A DNA stretch of 64,000 bases from Chrysomallon squamiferum (taxonomy: Eukaryota > Animalia > Mollusca). Position 1 is the stretch's first letter; each line of letters opens with the position of its first letter. The notes beneath the pieces are model-generated. The model did not search any database. It worked only from the letters and a program-made list of their open reading frames with translations, and was not told the origin of the DNA. This document shows, one piece after another, positions 26,984 to 39,400 of this stretch. The translations under genes and the position numbers were made by a program. Where the stretch lies: positions 9,610,001-9,674,000 of the forward strand of contig CM022667.1 in NCBI GenBank assembly GCA_012295275.1, given 5' to 3'.

Positions 26984-29900
26984 ATGTTCCTGTACAATTT
27001 AACACTACAGAGGGCTACTGGGATTGTTTCTGCCATTCATGGCAATTTCTCAGGCACTCGTTTACAGGAGATTGTTGTATCTCGAGGGAAAACGCTTGAC
27101 TTGTTCCGCCATGATCCCAACACAGGCAAAATATATCCAGTGCTCTCAATGGAGGTCTTTGGAGTCATCAGAGCTATCATGCCATTCAGACTCACTGGTG
27201 GTTCAAAAGGTAAATAACATGACATTGACACATTGTTTTAATAACTAATTCAGATATTTGTATTCTCACTGTTTATAGTATTTGCAATGGCAACAAAAAT
27301 TAAATTTGAATAGCAGACATTTATTACAGTAAAAATTGTTTATAATGTTCAGGTTGACAAACGGAAATATTAAAGAAAAGTTAAAATGCTTGGTTTGGAA
27401 TTTCTTTCTCTACCTTAGTTAATACTGGTTTGTTTCAACTGAAATTAATAAAAAATAAAACTATTCTATAGTTTATTTCTTCAAGTAATAGGTTTAATAT
27501 AATTGTAATTTTATTTTCAGATTTCATCATAGTTGGTTCTGATTCAGGACGCATTGTAATCCTTGAATATATTCCAGCTAAAAATACATTTGAGAAGGTA
27601 TGTTTTTGTTTTCAATTTATTTCACATTTGAATAATAATGGACTATAACCTTAACTAGCATTAATGCATCTTATTCTATAAAAATAAACAAACTGGAATT
27701 GCAGAAATTTAAATATTTTCTATTCAAGATACACCAAGAAACATTTGGCAAAAGTGGGTGTCGACGAATTGTTCCTGGTCAGTTTTTGGCAGTGGATCCC
27801 AAAGGCAGAGCTGTAATGGTGGGTGAGTACACAGAAATATTTCTCTTTTTTTATTTATATGTATATATATATTTTTCTCCAGTTGGAGTGGTTTTATTTC
27901 TAGTGTCTTTTAAGACTGAAGTGCAAAAAAGGGAGAGGACAGATTTCAGACCTTGTTTATTTTTGTTTTAGTTACAATTACATATAAAATTACAAGTTTA
28001 AAATGCCAACATTTACTAAAGCATCAACATTAGATGTATATTATTTATGTTTTAATTTGTTTCTGGTAAGGTTTGGTTTATTGTATTTATTCTTATTCCA
28101 GAGATCTTTTTAAATTATTAATTTTGTTTATTTCTAGGAGCGGTAGAGAAACAAAAGCTTGTGTACATACTAAACAGAGATGCCCAAGCTCGTTTGACTA
28201 TCTCATCTCCACTAGAAGCTCACAAATCTAACACACTGGTGTATCACATGGTGGGAGTTGATGTTGGATTTGAAAATCCCACATTTGCCTGCCTGGAGAT
28301 TGATTATGAGGTAAATTACCATCATTTCTCTTATTTTTAGTTGACGTTAAATTTCAAAATGTTATCTTTTTAGTTGATTATGAGGTATTTTTATCAATTC
28401 TATATTTTTTTGTTTTTAATGTTGTCCTTACTATGATTTATTAGCCATTTTAAAATCTGGTGTATGTTGCTTTATTGCTTCTGTATAAAAGATTGTGATT
28501 TGCTTTTCCTGTTATCAAGATTCATAGAAATTATTACTTAATGCATAACAAGTGGATAAATAAACTATTTGGTGGTTAGAAATGACAATTAGTGATCAAA
28601 ATAGTTATGTGTAAACACAGTCAGTTTCAGATCTCAAATGAGGATGTTTCACTTCAGTGTAAACATAATACAAATTTGTTTTCAGGAGTCGGACAGTGAC
28701 CCAACAGGAGATGCAGCTCAAAGGACACAGCAACTGCTCACATACTACGAGTTGGATCTTGGGTTAAACCATGTTGTCAGGAAATACTCTGAACAACTTG
28801 AGGAACATGGAAACTTTTTAATATCAGGTAAGCCATAATTTTTAATAAATTTAATAAAGCGAGCTTTAATCATATATTTCATCAAATTTGCATTTATAGT
28901 AGTAATATATAGTAACATTTCTGGCAGGAAAAAATGTTTTGCAGATTTGATGTATCTGTAATATGGTAATGTTACACTATCTGATTTTCGTAACTTATTG
29001 ATAGCTTAAAATATTATATAATTTTTTATTTTTTTTTTACATTACAGTGCCTGGTGGAAATGACGGACCTAGTGGTGTTCTTATTTGTTCTGAAAACTAT
29101 GTGACATACAAAAACCTGGGAGATCAACCAGACATTAGGTGTCCTATTCCCAGAAGAAGGGTTAGTATTCTTTCTTTTTTTCAAAATTTAATCAATAATA
29201 CCAGTTTTTAATTGGTTCTCTTTGAAATAGTTTTGCAAGAATAAAAGTGAACATCAATAAATAAGTGCAGCTCCATTTTGAAATATATAAAATTAAACAC
29301 AAAGTCCCATTATTTTTCTGGTGTTTAGCTTTGTATTTGATTGGTAATATAGATTACTTAATATATTATTGTTGTATGTGTAAGAATGTTTTTTTTAAAA
29401 TCCCTTCTATGCTGTTGTTATGCCTTTAACAACAGTTTTGAGATATTAAAAAACATTAAGGAATATCTGACATTTATTTATTTGTTTTCAGTATGATTTG
29501 GATGATCCTGAGAGAGGAATGATTTTTGTCTGTAGTGCTACTCATAAGACCAAGGTGAGGATTAGTTTTAGGTTTTATTGGAAATAATGTCCACCTTTTC
29601 CATACAAATTTCAAGTGAATACTTGCATTTAAATGAATTAAACCTAGCAGTTTCTTTCATGAAATCAGCCATAAATAAAATGTGACAGTATCAAAATGAA
29701 TACAGAATTTAAATAAAAAATGTTATATTTAATTTTGTAGTATGTGTACTTGACATAGAAAATCTTTAAGACATTAATGTTTCATTATTTTTCTTCTTAA
29801 TTGCAGTCAATGTTTTTTTTCTTGGCACAAACTGAACAAGGTGATATCTTCAAAATTACATTAGAAACTGATGAAGATATGGTAAGTATTGTGAATTTTT

Positions 29901-32900
29901 GTATGTTAATAAAATGATTAGAAATAATTATTTAGTGTTGGATGCAGAATTAACCTTTAAACTCTATCTAAAAAAAATTCTTGTTATTTACCAGTGATTA
30001 ACAGAAAAAAGATGCTAATATACAAACAAATAAAATGTATTAATTATAACCTAAAAACAAATTCAGATGAGTATTATATTATTTAAAGCATTCCCAATGA
30101 TTATACAACAATTACAGTTACTGTATTAAAAATCATTAACGTTAGAATAATAAGCATATAGTGAAAGCTGTACTATAATGCAAAAAATTTCTTTTTGTAG
30201 GTAACTGAAATTCGACTGAAGTATTTTGACACAGTCCCTGTGGCAGTCAGTATGTGTGTTCTGAAATCTGGTTTCTTGTTTCTAGCAGCAGAGTTTGGAA
30301 ACCAGTAAGAATGTCCATTTTCTTACATTATTACAATTATTCTCTTGCTTATCTTTTACCATTTTCTAGCAGTATTTAAAGAAACAAATTCACAACTGCA
30401 CTTAAAAAGGGAAAATAAAAAATAATAAAACCCTTTTTTTTCTTCTGTATTATCTTGATTTATTTTTAAAAGTTATTTTCTGTAACCTTTATTACTTTAT
30501 CAGATTGTATATCTGAGAGATGATGACATGGATTGTATTTTTAAATTTAATTTCAGTAACCTGTATCAGATTGCACATCTAGGGGATGACGATGGTGAGC
30601 CATATTTCAGCAGTGCTCTGCCTTTGGAGGAGGGAGATACTTTTCTGTTCGCCCCTCGTCCACTCAAGAACCTCGTCTCTGTTGACGAAATGGACAGCTT
30701 GTCTCCTATAATGTACACACAGGTAAGATAATCTAAGTAAAACATTCATCAAATATTTTTTTTTACCAAATTACCTGTAATCCTGTTTCTTTTTTAAATA
30801 TACATACAGTCTAAATTATTCATGTGGCAGTTTTTGTACTTGTTATTTTTTTTCTGTGTTTTTAGATTTGTATTGTGTTAATTAGCAGTGGTGTTATGAG
30901 CAAACAAACATTGTTTATGCAATATGTCCTGTATAAATGTAAATTTTATTTTTTTATTTTTTTGGTATAGTAAATGGTGTCCTTGCCAAAAAGTCACATA
31001 AAAGAAAATAGTTTGCTAAATAACCACAATGTATACGTTAAAATATATAGCCAAATGTTTATAACATGTTTAAAAATGAAAAATATGAAATATTATTTTA
31101 AAAATAATCTTGTTGTAACAATATTTCTTAGATTGCTGATTTGGCAAATGAAGACACCCCACAAATCTATACATTGTGTGGTCGTGGACCTCGATCTTCT
31201 CTCAGAATATTGAGACATGGACTTGAGGTAATTCATTTCAAATACTAAATATTTGCAAGAAGTTTAGTGCATTATGATAAATATGTGTTAAAAAAGAGAG
31301 TTTACCTACATGATTTATATCATAAATCAGCATAAAGTGATTGTAAATTATAATTAATTTTATTCTGTTTCAGTTTCTTTTGTTAAGACTGACTGTATTG
31401 AAAATAGATTTATTGCTCATTAATGCAACTGTGTTTATTTAATTTTTTTTAAACTTCATTAGTATACATAAAATATTTCTTTTTTTTTTTTCATTATCTG
31501 ATTTGAGTGAAACATTTCCATGCTAATATTTTAAAGTAAATATATATATATATTTTTTTCCTCCTCTTTTTTATTTTATTATTATTACAAAGGTATCAGA
31601 GATGGCAGTGTCAGAGTTGCCTGGTAACCCCAATGCTGTGTGGACAGTAAAGAAAAGGACGGATGGTAAGTTTTTGTTTTGTTTCACTATACTGATAATT
31701 TTGGTGAAGGCTGTTCTTCTTAATTTGCATGTTCTATTTAAAAATTATTCCTGTTACTTGATCTGAATACTCAGTCATGTGTTTTCTGCAGAATTTAGTT
31801 TTGAAATGATTTTTTTTCCTGTTCTTTTTTTCCGTTATTTCAGAAATGTAATACATAGTGTATTTTTCCCCTGAAGAGTGCATTGGAAGATATAATTATG
31901 GCTTTCACTTTAAATCAGTGATATAACTTCAAACCACTCTGGATATGTGTTGACACAAATTAAAGGATTGTGGAATGTTATTATGATGCAAAACTCTTTG
32001 CATAGACCATACTGAATCATTAATATGTGAAATTTGTGAATAATAACAAAACTTTGTCCACAAAACAACTGGTACCTTTGGGTAATCACATTTGACAGAC
32101 ACAGATTAAATTTAGCTGTTACAGTGGTTTTACCTCTGTAAACAAGAAATTTCCATTAGAACATTTGCCAGTTACAACAGTTTTCTTACTTGTATATGTC
32201 TACAGGAATCAACATTTACGAGATGTACATATAGGATGATTAAAAAGAAAAACAAAGGTATCCAAAGTAAACAGGAAAGATGTGTTTTAATGGGGAGGGG
32301 AATGTTTCAGTATTTTTTTCTTTATAGTGTTGTGACCCTTAAATGTATGCATCGGATAAAAGACATAAATTTTCAAAAAGCAACTGGCAGCAAATTAATA
32401 TTAATTGAATTATTTTATTTTTTACTCTTTCAAGTTAAACCTTTCAGCTTTTATTAAGGTCACATCTAACTTGAGTTGACATTTTGAGTTTAAAAAAAAA
32501 ATACTAATAAACACAGGCTGGTGGTATGGTCACACTCCAACCCAGCCTATGTTCTTATTTTCAGGAGCTGACTGACATGCAGGGACATTGTTTGAGGTTG
32601 GTGCATTCTTCAGGTCTACATGGCTCACACCTTATTCAGCCATGTTTGCAGAAAGACCAGACTTCAACCATAAAAATCCTAAATTAAACTGATTTTAGTT
32701 TAACCAGAAGGAATCTTCATTCAATTGAGGGGGTTGTGTGGCATTTTCAAATGGGGTCTCTTGAAAAGAATCTGGCTTACTGATCATTTAAAATAAGACA
32801 ATTATTGATAATAAAAAAGAAACATAGATACAGCTTGGTGAGAAATAAATATCAGCAGGTTTTGGTTTATTAGCTGTCTTGCGTGTTAAATGACGGTGAA

Positions 32901-34004
32901 TGTTACTGAAACAGAATATTTTAAAAAATGTTTAGAATATGGCTGTGGAAATTCAGGAAATCAGAATTATAATAATGAATTAACTGTTGTCATCTACTTT
33001 CAAGTGTTTGTCTTAAAAGATGTTTTAGATTACATACAGGTTAATTTAAAATGAAGAAAATAATAATTCTTTTTCCCTTACAAAACAGACAGATATTACA
33101 CCGTCACAAATGACATCACGGTGTGCTACGTCTAAAATAATTACTTCTTTATTTTTCTTCCTTTTTTTTCTTTTTTACCTCAAACAGTAATTAAAAATTG
33201 GTGATCTCTGGGTAACTGATAAAGGTAATTAAAAAAGAATTACTTCAGTTTTTAGAAATGGTGTGTCTGGTAATTTAGTAAACTAGTTGAAGTTTGATGA
33301 ACAATGTGCCTGCTGTGAGGTTTGAGTTGCTAGCCAGACCTCTTTCTATTTCCAGATGACTACGACTCTTACATCATCGTGTCCTTCGTCAACGCTACCT
33401 TGGTGCTGTCTATTGGAGAAACTGTAGAGGAAGTGACAGATTCTGGTTTCTTGGGAACCACACCCACCATTTCCTGTTCACAACTTGGAGACGATGCTCT
33501 TGTTCAGGTCAGAATAAAAATACGTGCAATGCCTTCATTATTTTGTCCTTACCTTCAGTGAAACTTATTTCAGTATCTAAGTATATTTTCACTATTTAAA
33601 CATTCCTGAAAGTTAATTGATATTTATCTGTACTTTATTTTTTGTTTTATTATTATTATTATTATTATTTGGTGAATTTGAAATAATTAGGTCAGTTGAT
33701 GTTCAAATAATAATGAGCACATAATGTTTCTGATAACGTGTTGAGAACATGTTATTAATATACTGGAACTTTGTATCTGCATCTGATTTACCACGTAATT
33801 CTCAAACGTTCTCCACAAAATTGTATTTTAACGGAAATTAACTTTCCAGTGAAAAAGAAAGAAACAAAATACTGGTTTCTTCGGTAAAAATTAAAAAACA
33901 GATTATGGCTTACAATTATCAATGTTGTAATTACTTTGTAATAGCTCCAAAAACTTACTATTTTTGTTCAAATTATTAAAAAAATATATATATAAGAATA
34001 AAAA

Positions 34005-34044
<40 letters not shown>

Positions 34045-35207
34045 GATATTGCAGAAATGATGTTACTTATCCGTGTTTCACCTGAAGAACATTTTGATTA
34101 CAAATGTGATGCTGATCTGCAAACAACTTCTTATGGACTTTTAAGAGAATTTTTAATTTGCTTCTCACTGTTAAACAACACTTTCCTTAACCTACAATAT
34201 TTTAAATTTTAATTTTGTTTTTCATAATCTTTTTTATTTTACTAACATAGTTTAATTTTATTTATCAGATCTATCCTGACGGAATTCGGCACATCCGAGC
34301 AGACAAGCGAGTGAACGAGTGGAAGACACCTGGCAAAAAGAACATAGTAAAATGTGCTGTGAATCAGAGACAAGTTGTTATAGCACTCACAGGTGGCGAG
34401 CTTGTCTACTTTGAGATGGATCCAGTGAGTTATACACTTTTGTTCCTTTGTGAATCCCTCCATTCAGCTTTCGAGATGAAAGAATTGTAGTTTGGCAGAT
34501 TCCCTCGCTGGGATTCACCATTGGTTTTCCTTGATTCACCATTAATCATTATCACATATATTTTAAATGATACTATATATGATTTCAGAAAGCATAAAAA
34601 GTAATAAAGTAAGAAAACCCTACAGCTGTTGATTAGTAATGTGTTGAAAATGATGCAGAAATGATGTATTTTTATCCGTGTTTCACCTGAATTTCACTGA
34701 TTACAACATGGTTTTCTGATCTGCATTCAGTTTTATTCCAGTTATTAATATTTTTTAGAATTACACAACAAAAAGTAATAATAATAGCAATATACAGTTT
34801 TAATTTTCTCCCAAATTAAAAAGAATATGAATATTTGTTGGTTAACTTTTCATAATGTGAAACAAAAGTTGTCAAAAGATGTATTTGTGTTCTAGACGGG
34901 TCAGCTGAATGAGTACACTGAACGTAAGGAGATGTCGGGTGATGTTGTGTGCATGGCTCTGGGTCGAGTTCCTTCAGGGGAGCAGCGATGTCGTTTCCTG
35001 GCTGTAGGACTGTCTGATAACACTGTCAGAATTATCTCTCTTGATCCAGCAGTAAGTTTTCACTGCAAAGTATTCATAGAAGTGTTAAGATAAAATTTAC
35101 TTCATACGTCCTTACTAAAATTGTAGGTGAAGGTTATTTATACAATATGTCCTGACCAGAGATGAAGTGAAGTGCAAATATTTCTTTTTTGGCCAAATAC
35201 AAATATG

Positions 35208-35247
<40 letters not shown>

Positions 35248-36401
35248 AATATTTCAAATATCATTACAAATGTATTTGATCTTTAAATTTAATTGGATGC
35301 TTAGTTTGGATTATATTAAGTATAAGATGATTTAAATTTACAATATTTACATACATTTAAAAAAAAGATATATATTTTATTATATTCATTGACAAAAGAA
35401 TGTCTGTTTCATTTCACAGTAAATGTGATCTATATCTAGATCTGTGGGTTCAATAAGTCAGTTAATATAATACATCTGTATACATGGGGGAAGGGCATTT
35501 AGCTCAATGGTTGAGAACTTACCTGAGGAATAAAGTCTTGCATGTTAAATTTTAATTTTGTATTTGATTTTGTCAGGACTGTTTATCACCACTAAGTATG
35601 CAAGCTCTACCTGCACCTCCAGAATCACTGTGTATCATTGAAATGGGAGGCTCGGAGTCGAAAGAAGAAACTGGAGAGCCAGGCTCGCAGGGAGGACTGT
35701 ACCTAAATATTGGTTTACAGGTAAATAAACAGTTTATGTTTACTGGTACAGAATGATAGAAATGTCAATTTTGTTTATTAAAATAGTATTTGAACATAGG
35801 TTTTCAGGCAAAGGTTTACACCCATTCTGTGATAGAAAATGATAAACTTTTTTGGTTGGTAGATGTCAGAATATTATGGACAAAGACATGTGTTTGAATA
35901 TATTCTTTGATAATGAGGGATAGAAATACAGACGGTTTTTAGGGGGGGTTAAATTTCAAAGGAATAGTGCAGAAATGATGTTACTTATCCGTGTTTCACC
36001 TGAAAAAATTATTTGATTACAAATATGATGCTGATCTGCACAAAGCATTATTCTGTTAATTAATGAAAAAAGGTTTTCATAAGATCTGTATTATTTGTGT
36101 ACTAGACACTTGTTTGAGAGACAACTATCTAGAATTACCATTTATTGAATTTAAACCTTGAACTTAATGTTTATATATATATTTGTTATATTTAGGCTAA
36201 TGTTAAAAATATTTAAAACTGTTTGATATTTGTTGACAGAATGGTGTGTTGTTGAGGACAGTATTGGATTTGGTGACTGGGGATTTGTCCGACACTCGAA
36301 CCCGATACATAGGGTCACGAGCTGTGAAACTCTTCAGAATATCAATGCAAGGATCTGAGGCTGTGAGTATAGAAACAGATCATACCTCAGCTGTGGTCAT
36401 T

Positions 36402-36439
<38 letters not shown>

Positions 36440-39400
36440 AAATGCTTAAACCTTAAAGCATGTGAAACATACTGTAAATATAATCATAATTTTTATAAAG
36501 CACTTAGCATGTAATTTCATGGACACATGAATAACTTTCTTTTCCAAAAAACTAAATTAGAAAATAGAAAAGATATTTTGTTTTTAAACTTTACAGAGAG
36601 ATACTTTTATTTTTGTAACTCTAACATAAATATTTAAACTAGGTATTGGCGATGTCAAGCAGAACGTGGCTGAGTTACACCTACCAGAGCAGATTTCATT
36701 TAACACCTCTGTCTTATGAAAGTCTAGAGTATGCATCTGGCTTTGCATCTGAACAGTGTCCTGAGGGTATTGTAGCCATCTCTACCAACACACTGAGGTA
36801 TTTTGACATATTTCTTAAACTATCTAATCTAGGTTAATCTTAAATATGATAAATGTTTTGAAAATAACCATAGAATTGTGTGTTTCATTCACTACTACTT
36901 AGATTATCAAATAATAGCTCGCTTTTTAAATAAAATATTTATTTTTCACAAATTTATCCTTTTTGAATGTTGTTTTGAAAAGTCATAGTACAGGTTAAAA
37001 AATAAAAATTAATGATTATTACATTTTTACATCATGCACAGATTTTCTCAATAATCTGACTGTTCTTTCCAGGATCTTGGCTCTTGAGAAGCTTGGAGCT
37101 GTGTTTAATCAGGTTTCATGGCCACTGCAGTACACACCACGGAAATTTGTTATACACAATGAGAGTAACCACCTCATTGTACTGGAAACTGACTATAACT
37201 CATACACAGAGGAGACAAAGAAACAGCGAAAACAGCAAATGGCTGAGGTAAATTAAATATTCTCTCTATATTGTACTCTTTGTGTGTGTGTGTGTGTGTA
37301 AAATGAACATATAAAATGAACATAGTTAAAAAAATACAAGATTCTAATATGAAAAGTTTTAAAACAAATTTCAATTGATCTTTTATTTTTTATTATTATT
37401 ATTTTTTTTTTATTTAATTACATTTACTGAATTCACTATATCCTGGTAATTTAGAGTTTATACAAGTTTTATTGCTAAGGTCTGCTGATTAGGTGTTAAT
37501 GCTTTATAGTAGTTTGATGGTGGGGAGACTTTGTGATATTTTAAATTCACTGTTGAACACTCAGTTTAAAAAATGAAGAAGATAGAAATGCTTAAATTGC
37601 AATAATGGTATAGTCAGATTACCTTCCCAAACCAGGGGACACTGATGCATTTTGTTACTATTTCATCCTGATAGAGCCTAAGGTCAGGGTGACCATTTAA
37701 AACAATGCTATACAAATTATGGTTATATTGGCAAAGGGTAATTGTTTCTAAGTTCAACAGATTGCCCTGGCAAGTAACCATATATTAATAGATCTTAAAT
37801 GTAATGAAAAACCTTTATACAGCTATTGGTAAATCAGTGATAAAAAGAAATGGCTTTTTCAAGAGTAAAACGAAATCGTTGTTAACAGAGTTGTAAATCT
37901 GCCTGAACTGTCTTAAATTATGTGTTAGATCAAACTGTAAATCAGTTTTAAATTTTTTTGAAATCTTTATTTTTTAAATTTTATGTTTGAACATGCACAC
38001 TCACAGTGATTTAACATAGATCTTTAATACTCAATAAATTACGAGCTTTTAAATTTTATTTAATGACACTCAACACATCTTTAACCTTTTTGGCACAACA
38101 CATTCATCCCAGTGCCAGATATTTTACCCCTACTGAATATAAAACAGTGCTATCTAGCAGGTGAAATAGGGCTGGTGTCAAGATATCTTGCCAATGGCAC
38201 TACAGTTTGTAATTGTGGTTAAAAATCTCTTCATTTGAGGAAAGGAAACATACTTTCACCTTTTAAATAAATTAAAAAAATGTTGCATATTACCAAATCA
38301 GAACAATTTGATTTATTATCCATATTGTTTTTATAATAGTCAGAGATGTGCATTGTATATCTGCATCCTGGTGGTTTTACAACTCAGGGTGATCGTTAAC
38401 AATGCTAGATTAAACATAGTGGTGCATCGTTGGGTAACTGTTGTCTTTAACTGTTTATCCTGGTCTAAACATCACAACAAAACTTAATATTCAAATATTA
38501 TGCATATTTCAGTTACTTTGTTATTTATTCATTTTTTATCTTTATTTTTATGTTTTAGATCAAACTATCTTTAGCAGTACACTGACATAAGTTAATTAAA
38601 CTGTAATAATAGTTATTTCAAACATTTCATCTTTATAAAAATAATTTGACTTAAAAATTGAATAACTTAATATCACAGGCTTTTGAAAATAATTTTCCTA
38701 TCATTAACCTGGAATAAAACTAAAATTAAAAAATGCAAAATAGTTGTAATGGGTGGTAATAGTTGAAATAATAATATGGTTCTGTTTCTTGGTTTCTTTT
38801 TGTCCTTGTATAGGTAATCTTAAACACATTTATCAGAGAATTAATTTGATACCATTGAGTTTTAATTATGAATTTATGATTGTTATTGTTTTTATCTTCC
38901 TTTGTCAATCTTATTTATAATTTTATTTGGTTGGTATATTTTTTCTATTTATTATTATTATTAATTTAATGTTTATTACATTTTTTTGTTTTTCTGTGGA
39001 TGGGATAAATTAAATAATTAAAACAATCATTTCATTTGATGTGCTTGAATATGCATTGTATATCTACATTCTGGTGGTTTTACAACTCAGGGTGATCGTT
39101 AACAATGCTAGATTAAACATAGTGGTGCATCGTTGGGTAACTGTTGTCTTTAACTGTTTATCCTGGTCTAAACATCACAACAAGAACGTTAATCTCAAAT
39201 GTCAGAGTAATGGCTAACATATATTCCTAAATTATTTATCATTTATTTATTTATTATTTTTTTTTTAAATAACTAATATTCTAAAAACAAAACTATTTAA
39301 CACCAACTCTTCAATTTTTTTTTTTTTTTTTTTACTATATCTGGTTGTAGAACAACTACTACAGCCACATGACTCGGGTTTTAAAAACACTGTTTTATCA

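Noticed and set aside
28453-28620. Possible H/ACA-like fold in SF3B3 intron 28311-28685 (ATAGAA hinge, GCATAAC/GTTATGT stem, ACA)
   Set aside because: Upper stems are weak, the length is atypical, it is single-copy and has no convincing bipartite target.
35486-35528. tRNA gene
   Set aside because: Only an A-box-like D-arm remnant; no anticodon arm, T arm or B box.
34049-36041. Assignment of the C/D copies to U18/SNORD18 or SNORD111
   Set aside because: The guide overlaps the U18 target region but its register to D' is shifted by 3 nt. The SNORD111-type guide (CATGTCTCTTC) was not seen in SF3B3 introns.
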